Assembly (NCBI GenBank): GCA_028693335.1
Contig: JAQUVR010000015.1
Coordinates: forward strand, 1-11,060
Direction: 5' to 3'
Source: Candidatus Iainarchaeum sp.
GTDB lineage: Archaea > Iainarchaeota > Iainarchaeia > Iainarchaeales > CSSED10-239
Length of the DNA: 11,060 bases
This document shows, in pieces, positions 1 through 6,318 of this stretch (positions are counted from its first letter, which is position 1; the number at the start of each line of letters is the position of its first letter). The translations under genes and the position numbers were made by a program. The notes beneath the pieces were generated by a model, which saw nothing but the letters and a program-made list of their open reading frames with translations, ran no database searches and was not told the origin of the DNA.

Positions 1-390
1 AAAAGAAACAAATTGGTCAAGAGTTTTACCATTGTTAATCATTTCATCTTTTTTAATAGAATATGCTTTAATTGTTTTTTTAAGATCCTTAATTTCTAAA
101 AAATACCAAGAATCTTTTCCAAGTCTCCATGCAATAAATGACTTAAATCCGGATAATTTTTCCCAAATTTGTAATTCTTGTATTTGTGATTCTTTTATAT
201 TTAAGTAATCTCCACTCTTTGTTTTACACTCAATAGCAACAGTAATCCTATTTTTTGTAGCTATAATATCAGGTGTTGGAAGAGTAGAAGATCCAGATCC
301 GGCCACCCTTGATACTGCAAAACCCTTATCAAAAAGTAGAAATAACAGCTCTCTTTCTGCATTAGAGCCTTTTGCTTTGTTCTTTTTCAT
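1..390 (-). CDS. hjc: Archaeal Holliday junction resolvase Hjc. The N-terminus is complete (ATG at 390..388); the C-terminus runs off the left edge of the window.
   Basis: It is missing from the supplied ORF track because no stop lies inside the window. My reverse-complement translation gives 130 uninterrupted codons: MKKNKAKGSNAERELLFLLFDKGFAVSRVAGSGSSTLPTPDIIATKNRITVAIECKTKSGDYLNIKESQIQELQIWEKLSGFKSFIAWRLGKDSWYFLEIKDLKKTIKAYSIKKDEMINNGKTLDQFVSF. It carries the Hjc signature as I know it from Pyrococcus and Sulfolobus Hjc: KG..AEREL, GF.V.R.AGSG, PDIIA, and IE.K (the E/D/E-x-K nuclease residues). Confidence 0.85.
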   Translation of the reverse strand, partial: MKKNKAKGSNAERELLFLLFDKGFAVSRVAGSGSSTLPTPDIIATKNRITVAIECKTKSGDYLNIKESQIQELQIWEKLSGFKSFIAWRLGKDSWYFLEIKDLKKTIKAYSIKKDEMINNGKTLDQFVSF

Positions 391-644
391 TTTTGTCTCT
401 TTTTTTGTCTTTTTTTTCTTGTTTATTGAATATTTTATCTTTTTGGATTTATATTAGATATCATTTATAATAGTTTTCTTACATTAATATATTATTGATA
501 GATATTTAATAAAAGAACATAAGTTGTTTTAAAGATTGTTTTTTTTTAAATAAAAAAATATCAATTAATATTTAGTATTATAAAAAGTTTAGTTTTTAGC
601 AAAAATAGATTTAAAAAATTAGAAAATTATAAAAAATTACAAAA

Positions 645-881
645 ATGAACTTTACAAAAGGACAAGTAATTAACTTACAGGTGATTTGTAATTATAATGG
701 ATCGCCAAAAATAATTTGTATTGACAAAGAAACTTACAAATTAAAAATTAATAGCCAACCAATAAATGGAAAAGCAAATAAAGAAATTATTGAAAAATTT
801 AAGGATTTTGGGTATAAAGTAGAGATAGTAAAAGGACAAAAATCTCAAAAGAAAATTATTAAGATTATTGATTTATGTTGA
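645..881 (+). CDS. Hypothetical small basic protein (78 aa), with no family I recognise.
   Basis: ATG-initiated ORF in a 636-nt gap between hjc and dnaG. There is no SD. A TATA-like TTTAAAAA at 610..617, about 30 nt upstream of the ATG, would fit a leaderless mRNA. Coding status is unproven in such AT-rich DNA. Confidence 0.45.
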   Translation: MNFTKGQVINLQVICNYNGSPKIICIDKETYKLKINSQPINGKANKEIIEKFKDFGYKVEIVKGQKSQKKIIKIIDLC

Positions 882-998
882 AATTTATATATTAAATAAA
901 ATTTATTTGCTTTTAAAAAGTTTTGGTAAAAGATATTTTCTAATTTTAAGTATAGGTAAAACCATCTATAAAATCTATTTTTTTGACTAAAAAACTAT

Positions 999-1019
999 CC
1001 TTAAAAAATATTTTTAAGG
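999..1019. repeat. 21-bp palindrome CCTTAAAAA-ATA-TTTTTAAGG (perfect 9-bp arms) overlapping the dnaG SD-like / TATA-like region.
   Basis: Checked base by base: 999-1007 pairs perfectly with 1019-1011, with centre ATA at 1008..1010. The right arm overlaps AAGGGAG (1016..1022), just upstream of the dnaG ATG at 1027. Confidence 0.85.
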
Positions 1020-1026
1020 GAGTGAA

Positions 1027-2847
1027 ATGTTTATGGGAAAAACATATATAGAGACAATCAAATATATGATAGTTGCAGACTTTGAAGTAAATGGTCTTGT
1101 TGAGAGACCAGATGTTATTGGTGCTATTTTTGGACAATCTGAAGGGCTTTTAGGATCTAATTTAGATATAAAAGAATTACAACAGAATGGCAAAATCGGA
1201 AGAATAGAAATAGAATACAATCAGAATAATAATAAAGTAAGAGGAATATTAAAATTACCTTGTAGTGTATCAATGGTAGAAACCGCAATAATTGCAGCAT
1301 CTATTGAAAGTATTGAAAAAGTTGGACCTTGTGATGCTGTTTTTAGAGTAAAACAGATAGAGGACACTAGAGGAGTAAAAAGACAACAAATAAAATCTAG
1401 AGCAATAGAATTATTAGGAAAATTAATGCAAGAAGAAATTCCTGATACCAGAGAATTAATGGACGAAATAATGGATACCTTTAAAACAAAGGATATTATT
1501 CATTATGGATCCGAAAAATTAGCCGCTGGACCAACAATAGACTCAAGTAATGAAATTATTGTTGTTGAAGGTAGAGCTGATGTTATGAATCTTTTAAGAT
1601 ATGGATTTACTAATGTTATTGCAACTGGTGGTGCAAGAATACCAAAGACTTTAGAAGAAATATGTAAACAAAAGACTGTAACTATCTTTTTAGATGGAGA
1701 TAGAGGTGCAGAAATTCAGCAACAACAACTACTAAAAAGTATAAAAGTCGATTATATTGCAAGAGCACCAGATGGAAAAGAAGTTGAAGAATTAACACAA
1801 AAGGAAATAAATCAAGCACTAAGAAGAAAAATAAAATCTGTTTATTCTGGAATAAGATCTAATCATCAACATGAGAATGAATCTCACAATAATTTAGCAA
1901 AACAATCAGGCATAGTAAAAGCAACAAAATTTTCAGTAACTAGTCAAAATAAAATAATGCCAAGATCAAACACAGAAAATAAAGAATTTCTATCCAGTAA
2001 ATTTATTCCAAAAAATCCAAATCAACAAACAAATATAAAAACAGAAAAACAAGATACTTTTGATCAAATGTTATCTCAAATACCTGGTCTTGAAAGAGTT
2101 GATATAAAAAAAGATAATTATGGTAATCAAAGTAATTTTAAATCAAAAACAAATGATTTCCATGATAATCATAGACAAAATAATTCACATTTTCAAAAAT
2201 CTGATAACTTCTCAAAACCAGATTTTAAAAGACCAATGGATAATAGATTTCAAAAACCAGTTGATTCTGTAAAACAAGTTGTTGATCAGGCAAGACCTAT
2301 TGAAAAAGAAATTATTAAAAAAGAAGAATCAAAAGTTAATAGAATAACACAACATTTGGAAAAAATAGAAATTGTAGATAATAATTTAGCTGCTTCAGCT
2401 GTATCAACTCCAGTTGTAACATCGGTTATAAATAAAGATGAAATAAAGCAAGCAAGTATTATTGATTCAAATCAACAAAAGATAATTCCAATAAAGGAAG
2501 AAATAAAAGAGCCAGTAAAACCAAAACCAATTATTTTACCAAAGCTTACAGATAATCTAAAAAATAATTTCAAAAAAATAATTGAAGAAATAAAAGATAA
2601 AAAAGAAGCAAGAATACTTAATGAAAAATTAAGAAGAATTGGTGGTTATCCTCAAGAAGATTTGGAAAAGAAATTAGTTGATTTTAAATCTGATAAGTTA
2701 TTTGCAATTGTTACAAATAGAGAACTAACTAAAGAATTATTAGAACTAGTAAAAGAAAAAGGAGCAAAATTTATTGTAACAAAAGAATCTTCAATACAAA
2801 AAGATCCTAGAATAAATATTGTAACCTTTTCAGAAATAATAAAATAA
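1027..2847 (+). CDS. dnaG: Archaeal DnaG-type primase / exosome-associated TOPRIM protein, with a long internal low-complexity insertion.
   Basis: The N-terminal domain motif KYMIVADFEVNGLVERPDVIGAIFGQSEGLLGSNLDIKELQQNGKIGRIEIE is the hallmark archaeal DnaG N-terminus. TOPRIM motifs are IIVVEGRADV (Glu codon at 1567..1569) and FLDGDRGAE (Asp at 1693..1695). The C-terminal LFAIVTNRELTKELLELVKEKGAKFIV resembles the conserved DnaG C-terminal domain. The start could be ATG 1027 or ATG 1033; a GGAG-like motif sits at 1019..1022. Confidence 0.9.
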   Translation: MFMGKTYIETIKYMIVADFEVNGLVERPDVIGAIFGQSEGLLGSNLDIKELQQNGKIGRIEIEYNQNNNKVRGILKLPCSVSMVETAIIAASIESIEKVGPCDAVFRVKQIEDTRGVKRQQIKSRAIELLGKLMQEEIPDTRELMDEIMDTFKTKDIIHYGSEKLAAGPTIDSSNEIIVVEGRADVMNLLRYGFTNVIATGGARIPKTLEEICKQKTVTIFLDGDRGAEIQQQQLLKSIKVDYIARAPDGKEVEELTQKEINQALRRKIKSVYSGIRSNHQHENESHNNLAKQSGIVKATKFSVTSQNKIMPRSNTENKEFLSSKFIPKNPNQQTNIKTEKQDTFDQMLSQIPGLERVDIKKDNYGNQSNFKSKTNDFHDNHRQNNSHFQKSDNFSKPDFKRPMDNRFQKPVDSVKQVVDQARPIEKEIIKKEESKVNRITQHLEKIEIVDNNLAASAVSTPVVTSVINKDEIKQASIIDSNQQKIIPIKEEIKEPVKPKPIILPKLTDNLKNNFKKIIEEIKDKKEARILNEKLRRIGGYPQEDLEKKLVDFKSDKLFAIVTNRELTKELLELVKEKGAKFIVTKESSIQKDPRINIVTFSEIIK

Positions 2848-2880
2848 AAGAAAAAAATTATTTTTTCTTCTTCTTTTTTG
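2848..2880. terminator. Probable bidirectional oligo-T termination zone at the convergent dnaG / 133-aa ORF junction.
   Basis: Only 10 nt separate the two stop codons. On the plus strand, T6 runs lie at 2861..2866 and 2874..2879, after the dnaG stop at 2845..2847. On the minus strand, a T7 run (complement of A7 at 2851..2857) directly follows the minus-gene stop. An AU-rich 9-bp hairpin is possible (2848-2856 with 2861-2869). Archaeal RNAP terminates at oligo-T tracts. Confidence 0.35.
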
Positions 2881-3259
2881 TTTTTATTATCGGTGTTTTT
2901 GGTTTGATTATTTTAACTTCTTTTTCTTTTGGATTTTCTGAAAAATAGATAAATTTACCAATTATAAAGAAGATTATTGATATTAGAACCATCATTAAAC
3001 CAGATAAATAAACTTGTAGATATTGTGTTGTTGTTAAATCTATTTGATTAGATCTAATTGCAAAACCAAGGCCATTAGATGCGCTCAGTTTACAGGCACT
3101 AATCATTTCTGCAGAATAATCTGATACTTCAATACACAATTTATATTCAGATAAATAATCAACTTTGTTAAAAATTTCAGAAATTGAAAGTAATAACAAA
3201 ATCAAAGACAAAGAAATTACAAACGCCCCAATTAATTTTTTATAGTTTAGTTTATACAT
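2858..3259 (-). CDS. Hypothetical small membrane protein (133 aa) with two TM helices and a C-terminal poly-lysine tail.
   Basis: N-terminal hydrophobic segment LIGAFVISLSLILLLLSI, then a roughly 60-aa loop with two Cys, then a second TM LSGLMMVLISIIFFIIGKFIY, and the tail ...TKKKKKK. An SD-like AAGGATGTGA lies about 9 nt upstream of the ATG on the minus strand (3269..3278). I recognise no family. Confidence 0.55.
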   Translation of the reverse strand: MYKLNYKKLIGAFVISLSLILLLLSISEIFNKVDYLSEYKLCIEVSDYSAEMISACKLSASNGLGFAIRSNQIDLTTTQYLQVYLSGLMMVLISIIFFIIGKFIYFSENPKEKEVKIIKPKTPIIKTKKKKKK

Positions 3260-3350
3260 TTTTAATTTTCACATCCTTAAAATTATTGTTTTAATAAAAA
3301 TCTATATAATTAAAAGAGTGTTATTTATTTAAATATTTACTTTTTTAAAG

Positions 3351-3372
3351 AATTTAATAAAAATTTAATAAA
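3351..3372. repeat. Perfect tandem duplication of the 11-mer AATTTAATAAA.
   Basis: Read directly: 3351..3361 and 3362..3372 are identical. The repeat lies in the spacer between the 133-aa ORF start and tRNA-Val. Function is unknown and it may be a slippage product. Confidence 0.8.
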
Positions 3373-3402
3373 CACAAAAAATCAAAGAAAGCTTTATATT
3401 TA

Positions 3403-3418
3403 TTTTTATATATATAAT
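3403..3418 (+). promoter_or_regulatory. Candidate TATA box for tRNA-Val.
   Basis: TTTTTATATATATAAT is centred about 30-35 nt upstream of the mature tRNA 5' end (3445). Specificity is low because the whole spacer is AT-rich. Confidence 0.3.
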
Positions 3419-3444
3419 CAATATAAAAAACAGATATTACTTAT

Positions 3445-3517
3445 GGATCTGTGGTCTAGCGGTTATGACGTCACCCTTACAAGGTGAATATCGGCGGTTC
3501 GATTCCGCTCAGATCCA
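3445..3517 (+). tRNA. tRNA-Val, anticodon UAC (73 nt, CCA not encoded).
   Basis: Hand-folded cloverleaf: acceptor GGATCTG/CAGATCC, D arm GTCT-AGCGGTTA-TGAC, anticodon arm TCACC-CTTACAA-GGTGA (anticodon TAC), variable loop ATATC, T arm GGCGG-TTCGATT-CCGCT, discriminator A. It is one of only two GC-rich islands in the window. Confidence 0.93.
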
Positions 3518-3520
3518 TTC

Positions 3521-4267
3521 TTATTTTATAAAAAGAAATAATAAAAAAATTATTACTGAAATAATAAATAAATAGAAAAAGATTTTCTTAATTTTTATAA
3601 TTGTTTTAGAAGAAAATGGTTCGATTTTGTTTTTCTTTTCTTTAAGATATATTTTGTAAGAATAAATAAATGTTATTGTTATGATTATAATTATGCCAAT
3701 TAATAACAAATAAAATGCATAATTAATATAAAAAATACCAAATAATAACATTAATGATAATAACATAAACAAAATTCCAGACAAAAAATGTGTTCTTTGC
3801 CAAGATATTTTACTTTTTAATGTCCATGGATTTCTAATTCCAAAAAAATAGTTTTGTTTAACATCTATTATTAAATACCCTAATAGATAAAACAAAAGGC
3901 CCATTGGTGGAATTATATAATAAGACATATTAAAATAATATCCTAAATTCCAGATTAGAGTTAAAATTGCAATTAACAATAAAAAAATTCCTCCTGCAAT
4001 TATTATTTTATCAAGAGGTTTTTTTAGTAGGTGATCTTTTTTTATATAATCTGTTCTTGAAACTAATGAATATATGAATGCTAATACCAAAAAAGCAATT
4101 GGCAGAATTAGAATACCAACAATTTTTGAAGAAAACCCATCAGCAACACCAAACTGATTCCAATGTGTTGCCATTTTATCTGGTAGATATGGTAGTAAAA
4201 AAACCCCCATTAATAATGTTAATATTGTTAAAAAATATAATGTTGTTTCTGTTTTACTAAATTTCAT
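3521..4267 (-). CDS. Polytopic membrane protein of the DUF1648 + SdpI/YhfL type (SdpI-like immunity/signal-transduction family).
   Basis: N-terminal LPYLPDKMATHWNQFGVADGFSSK matches the DUF1648 motif (P..ip.HwN..G..Dg..sk) as I recall it. NYFFGIRNPWTLKSKISWQRTHFLSG matches the SdpI-family motif (GiRt.wTl.s.e.W..thr..G). There are about 6-7 hydrophobic helices. SD GGTGA (complement of 4272..4276) lies 4 nt upstream of the ATG at 4267..4265. Confidence 0.72.
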   Translation of the reverse strand: MKFSKTETTLYFLTILTLLMGVFLLPYLPDKMATHWNQFGVADGFSSKIVGILILPIAFLVLAFIYSLVSRTDYIKKDHLLKKPLDKIIIAGGIFLLLIAILTLIWNLGYYFNMSYYIIPPMGLLFYLLGYLIIDVKQNYFFGIRNPWTLKSKISWQRTHFLSGILFMLLSLMLLFGIFYINYAFYLLLIGIIIIITITFIYSYKIYLKEKKNKIEPFSSKTIIKIKKIFFYLFIISVIIFLLFLFIK

Positions 4268-4288
4268 AATTTCACCAATTTTTTCTAA

Positions 4289-4313
4289 ATAAAATATAAG
4301 ACATATATTTTAT
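4289..4313. repeat. Perfect 10-bp inverted repeat ATAAAATATA-agaca-TATATTTTAT in the divergent SdpI-like / transglutaminase-like intergenic region.
   Basis: Checked base by base: the left arm is 4289..4298, the spacer 4299..4303, and the right arm 4304..4313 is the exact reverse complement. The right arm is also positioned to serve as a TATA box for the minus-strand gene. Confidence 0.85.
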
Positions 4314-4364
4314 AAAACATTCATTCTTTTATTTTTTATAAGTTTAGATATAAATAGATTAAAA

Positions 4365-6167
4365 ATGAATAAATATATTATATTTTTAGTAACACTGTTA
4401 CTTTTATTTCCAACAAGTTGGAGTCAAGAAATAGAAATTGCAATTAGTGAAGAAGCATTAGATTTTTCAGCAATAAAAAGCAAATATATTGATGTGAATT
4501 TTGTTTTAGAAATCCCTATTTTAATAGAAGAATATAAAGATGGAGATTACTTTATATTAAAAACACCAATTTTTTCAGACAATCAGAAAACACAAAGAAC
4601 AAATGTTGAGGCTTATTATTTAGAAGGAGATAAAAAAATATTTGCAAATATTATTGAAGATGACTATGGTAATTTGATTGCAGAATTTAGTGTTAAACCA
4701 ATAACTAGATTTGAATACACATTTTATATTTCCGGAAACATAGTTTCTGAAAATAAAATTGTATTTAGCAACAATATTTTTAATCTTAATAATAAAATAA
4801 CTGAATTTGAAGAATATACAAAAGAAACAAAATATATTAAATCAGATAGTTTAGAAACAATAACATTAGCAAATTCATTAAAATATTTTGATAATTCATT
4901 AGAACAACTTACTTTTATGACAAATTGGGTTCATCAATATTTAACTTATGATTTAGAATATGCAGAAACAATTGAAGACTCTTTAGTAGTTTTATCAACT
5001 AGAAAAGGAGTTTGTGATGAATTTTCTATACTCTTAGCAGCACTTTTAAGAGCACAAGGATTTCCAGTAAAATATGTTACTGGAATTGCAAATACTAGTT
5101 TTAATTGGGAAAATCATGCATGGTTAGAAGTTTATATCCCAGAACAAGGTTGGATTCCTGTTGATCCAACATACAATGAAGTTGGTTTAGTTGATTCGAG
5201 TCATATTATTATTGCAAAAGTAAATGACCCATCACAATCTCAAGATCTAATAACTGCATCAAATTCTGTGGTTATATCTTTTTTAAATAAAAAACCAAGT
5301 TATAAAATTAATGAACAAAAAAGTTTTGCAGATCTTGGTTATGCAAATGTTATAACAATTACACCAATTCATCAAGATAAACTAAAATCAGGATCAGGAA
5401 TAAACTTGAAATTGAGTTTAAAAAATACAACAGTAAAACCAATTTCAATATTATTAAATTTAGAACATCATGCTGATTTTGAATTGTTATATCCGAAATC
5501 ATCAAAGCAATTAATATATTTTAATGAATTTGAATCAAAAGAAATAAATTATTATTTTATTGCACCAAAAATACCAGCAAATGTTCATGGATATATTTAT
5601 CCTTTTAGAATATCTTCTCAGATTAGTGATGTAGAAACACAAATAACTGTGTCTAATGATTCTTCTTTTTATCAAGATATTTTTTTTGTAACAGATCCTT
5701 TGTTTTATTTTGTAAATAATAATATTGTTATTGAAACAGATTTAATAAATGAAACAAACACAAAAAAGAAAATAGATTTTAATTTTGACTATAATGGAAA
5801 TATTTTAACAAAAACTGTTGAAATCGATCCAAAAGAAAGAAAAACATTTCAACAAGAAATTTCATTATTAGATCGAAATGAAAGTAATTTTAAGATTTCA
5901 ATATCTGGAGATTTTGAATATAGTCGCCTGATTAAAATTTATGCAGATAAAATTGTGCCAGAAGAAATAATTGATGCAAATGTTAGTACAGTTGTTAGTA
6001 ATAAACAAATAGATGATCAAAACAAAGAACTTTGGGAAAATTCTGAAGAATTTAAAATAACTCAACCAACAAAATTAAATAAAACTGTGTTATTTGTGTT
6101 TATGTTGTTTTTGGTTTTAGGAATTGTGGGTTATTTAGTTACTAATATTAAGAAAATAAAACATTAG
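4365..6167 (+). CDS. Secreted, C-terminally membrane-anchored protein with a transglutaminase-like (papain-fold Cys-His-Asp) core.
   Basis: Signal peptide MNKYIIFLVTLLLLFPTSWS|QE. Transglut_core motifs are RKGVCDEFSILLAALLRAQGFP (Cys codon 5013..5015), NHAWLEVYIPEQGW (His 5115..5117) and IPVDPT (Asp 5163..5165). The C-terminal TM plus basic tail is TVLFVFMLFLVLGIVGYLVTNIKKIKH. There is no SD. TATA-like TTTTTATAAG at 4334..4343, about 27 nt upstream of the ATG, suggests a leaderless mRNA. Confidence 0.85.
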   Translation: MNKYIIFLVTLLLLFPTSWSQEIEIAISEEALDFSAIKSKYIDVNFVLEIPILIEEYKDGDYFILKTPIFSDNQKTQRTNVEAYYLEGDKKIFANIIEDDYGNLIAEFSVKPITRFEYTFYISGNIVSENKIVFSNNIFNLNNKITEFEEYTKETKYIKSDSLETITLANSLKYFDNSLEQLTFMTNWVHQYLTYDLEYAETIEDSLVVLSTRKGVCDEFSILLAALLRAQGFPVKYVTGIANTSFNWENHAWLEVYIPEQGWIPVDPTYNEVGLVDSSHIIIAKVNDPSQSQDLITASNSVVISFLNKKPSYKINEQKSFADLGYANVITITPIHQDKLKSGSGINLKLSLKNTTVKPISILLNLEHHADFELLYPKSSKQLIYFNEFESKEINYYFIAPKIPANVHGYIYPFRISSQISDVETQITVSNDSSFYQDIFFVTDPLFYFVNNNIVIETDLINETNTKKKIDFNFDYNGNILTKTVEIDPKERKTFQQEISLLDRNESNFKISISGDFEYSRLIKIYADKIVPEEIIDANVSTVVSNKQIDDQNKELWENSEEFKITQPTKLNKTVLFVFMLFLVLGIVGYLVTNIKKIKH

Positions 6168-6193
6168 AGATTAGACCATTTTATTTATAAAGA

Positions 6194-6203
6194 TTTTATA
6201 TAA
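6194..6203 (+). promoter_or_regulatory. Candidate TATA box driving tRNA-Gly, and by inference rnp4.
   Basis: TTTTATATAA lies 26-35 nt upstream of the tRNA-Gly 5' end (6229). It is the only TATA-like element between the upstream stop (6167) and the rnp4 start. Confidence 0.35.
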
Positions 6204-6228
6204 TAAATATTATAGATAAAAAAATATT

Positions 6229-6300
6229 GCACTCGTAGTATAGTGGTTAGTATGGAAGATTGCCAATCTTTCGACCCGGGTTCGAACCCCGGCGAGTGCA
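6229..6300 (+). tRNA. tRNA-Gly, anticodon GCC (72 nt, CCA not encoded).
   Basis: Hand-folded cloverleaf: acceptor GCACTCG/CGAGTGC, anticodon arm GAAGA-TTGCCAA-TCTTT (anticodon GCC), 4-nt variable loop, T arm CCGGG-TTCGAAC-CCCGG, discriminator A. It is a GC-rich island in AT-rich DNA. Confidence 0.93.
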
Positions 6301-6318
6301 TGGGATTATTTGGAAATT

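Noticed and set aside
612-639. Direct repeat TAAAAAATTA (612..621 and 630..639) with a similar AAAATTA in between, upstream of the 78-aa ORF.
   Set aside because: It is a short A-tract repeat in nearly pure A/T sequence. It is probably promoter-region curvature or chance, and it does not stand out from background.
946-1220. Minus-strand ORFs 946..1137 (63 aa) and 1014..1220 (68 aa).
   Set aside because: They lie antisense to the dnaG promoter and N-terminus, which is strongly conserved on the plus strand. Their products are low-complexity and family-less, as expected for shadow ORFs in AT-rich DNA.
3618-3626. The 9-nt match GGTTCGATT to the tRNA-Val T-arm, about 100 nt downstream of the tRNA, considered as a possible att remnant.
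   Set aside because: It is only 9 nt and does not extend into the acceptor-stem sequence. It lies inside the SdpI-like CDS and is compatible with chance in 22 kb of two-strand search space.
4078-4260. Plus-strand 60-aa ORF.
   Set aside because: It lies entirely antisense to the well-supported SdpI-like CDS, including the conserved DUF1648 motif region, and has no start signals.
5014-5020. C-box-like GTGATGA here, and similarly ATGATGA near 7797, considered as C/D-box sRNA candidates.
   Set aside because: Both lie inside well-supported CDSs. I found no properly spaced D box (CTGA) with terminal complementarity.
2858-6300. The envelope-gene segment associated with two tRNA genes, considered as an integrated mobile element or genomic island.
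   Set aside because: There is no integrase, transposase or phage-like gene, and I found no direct repeat of either tRNA 3' end marking an att site. Composition looks the same as the flanks by eye. tRNA-Val lies inside the segment rather than at its border.
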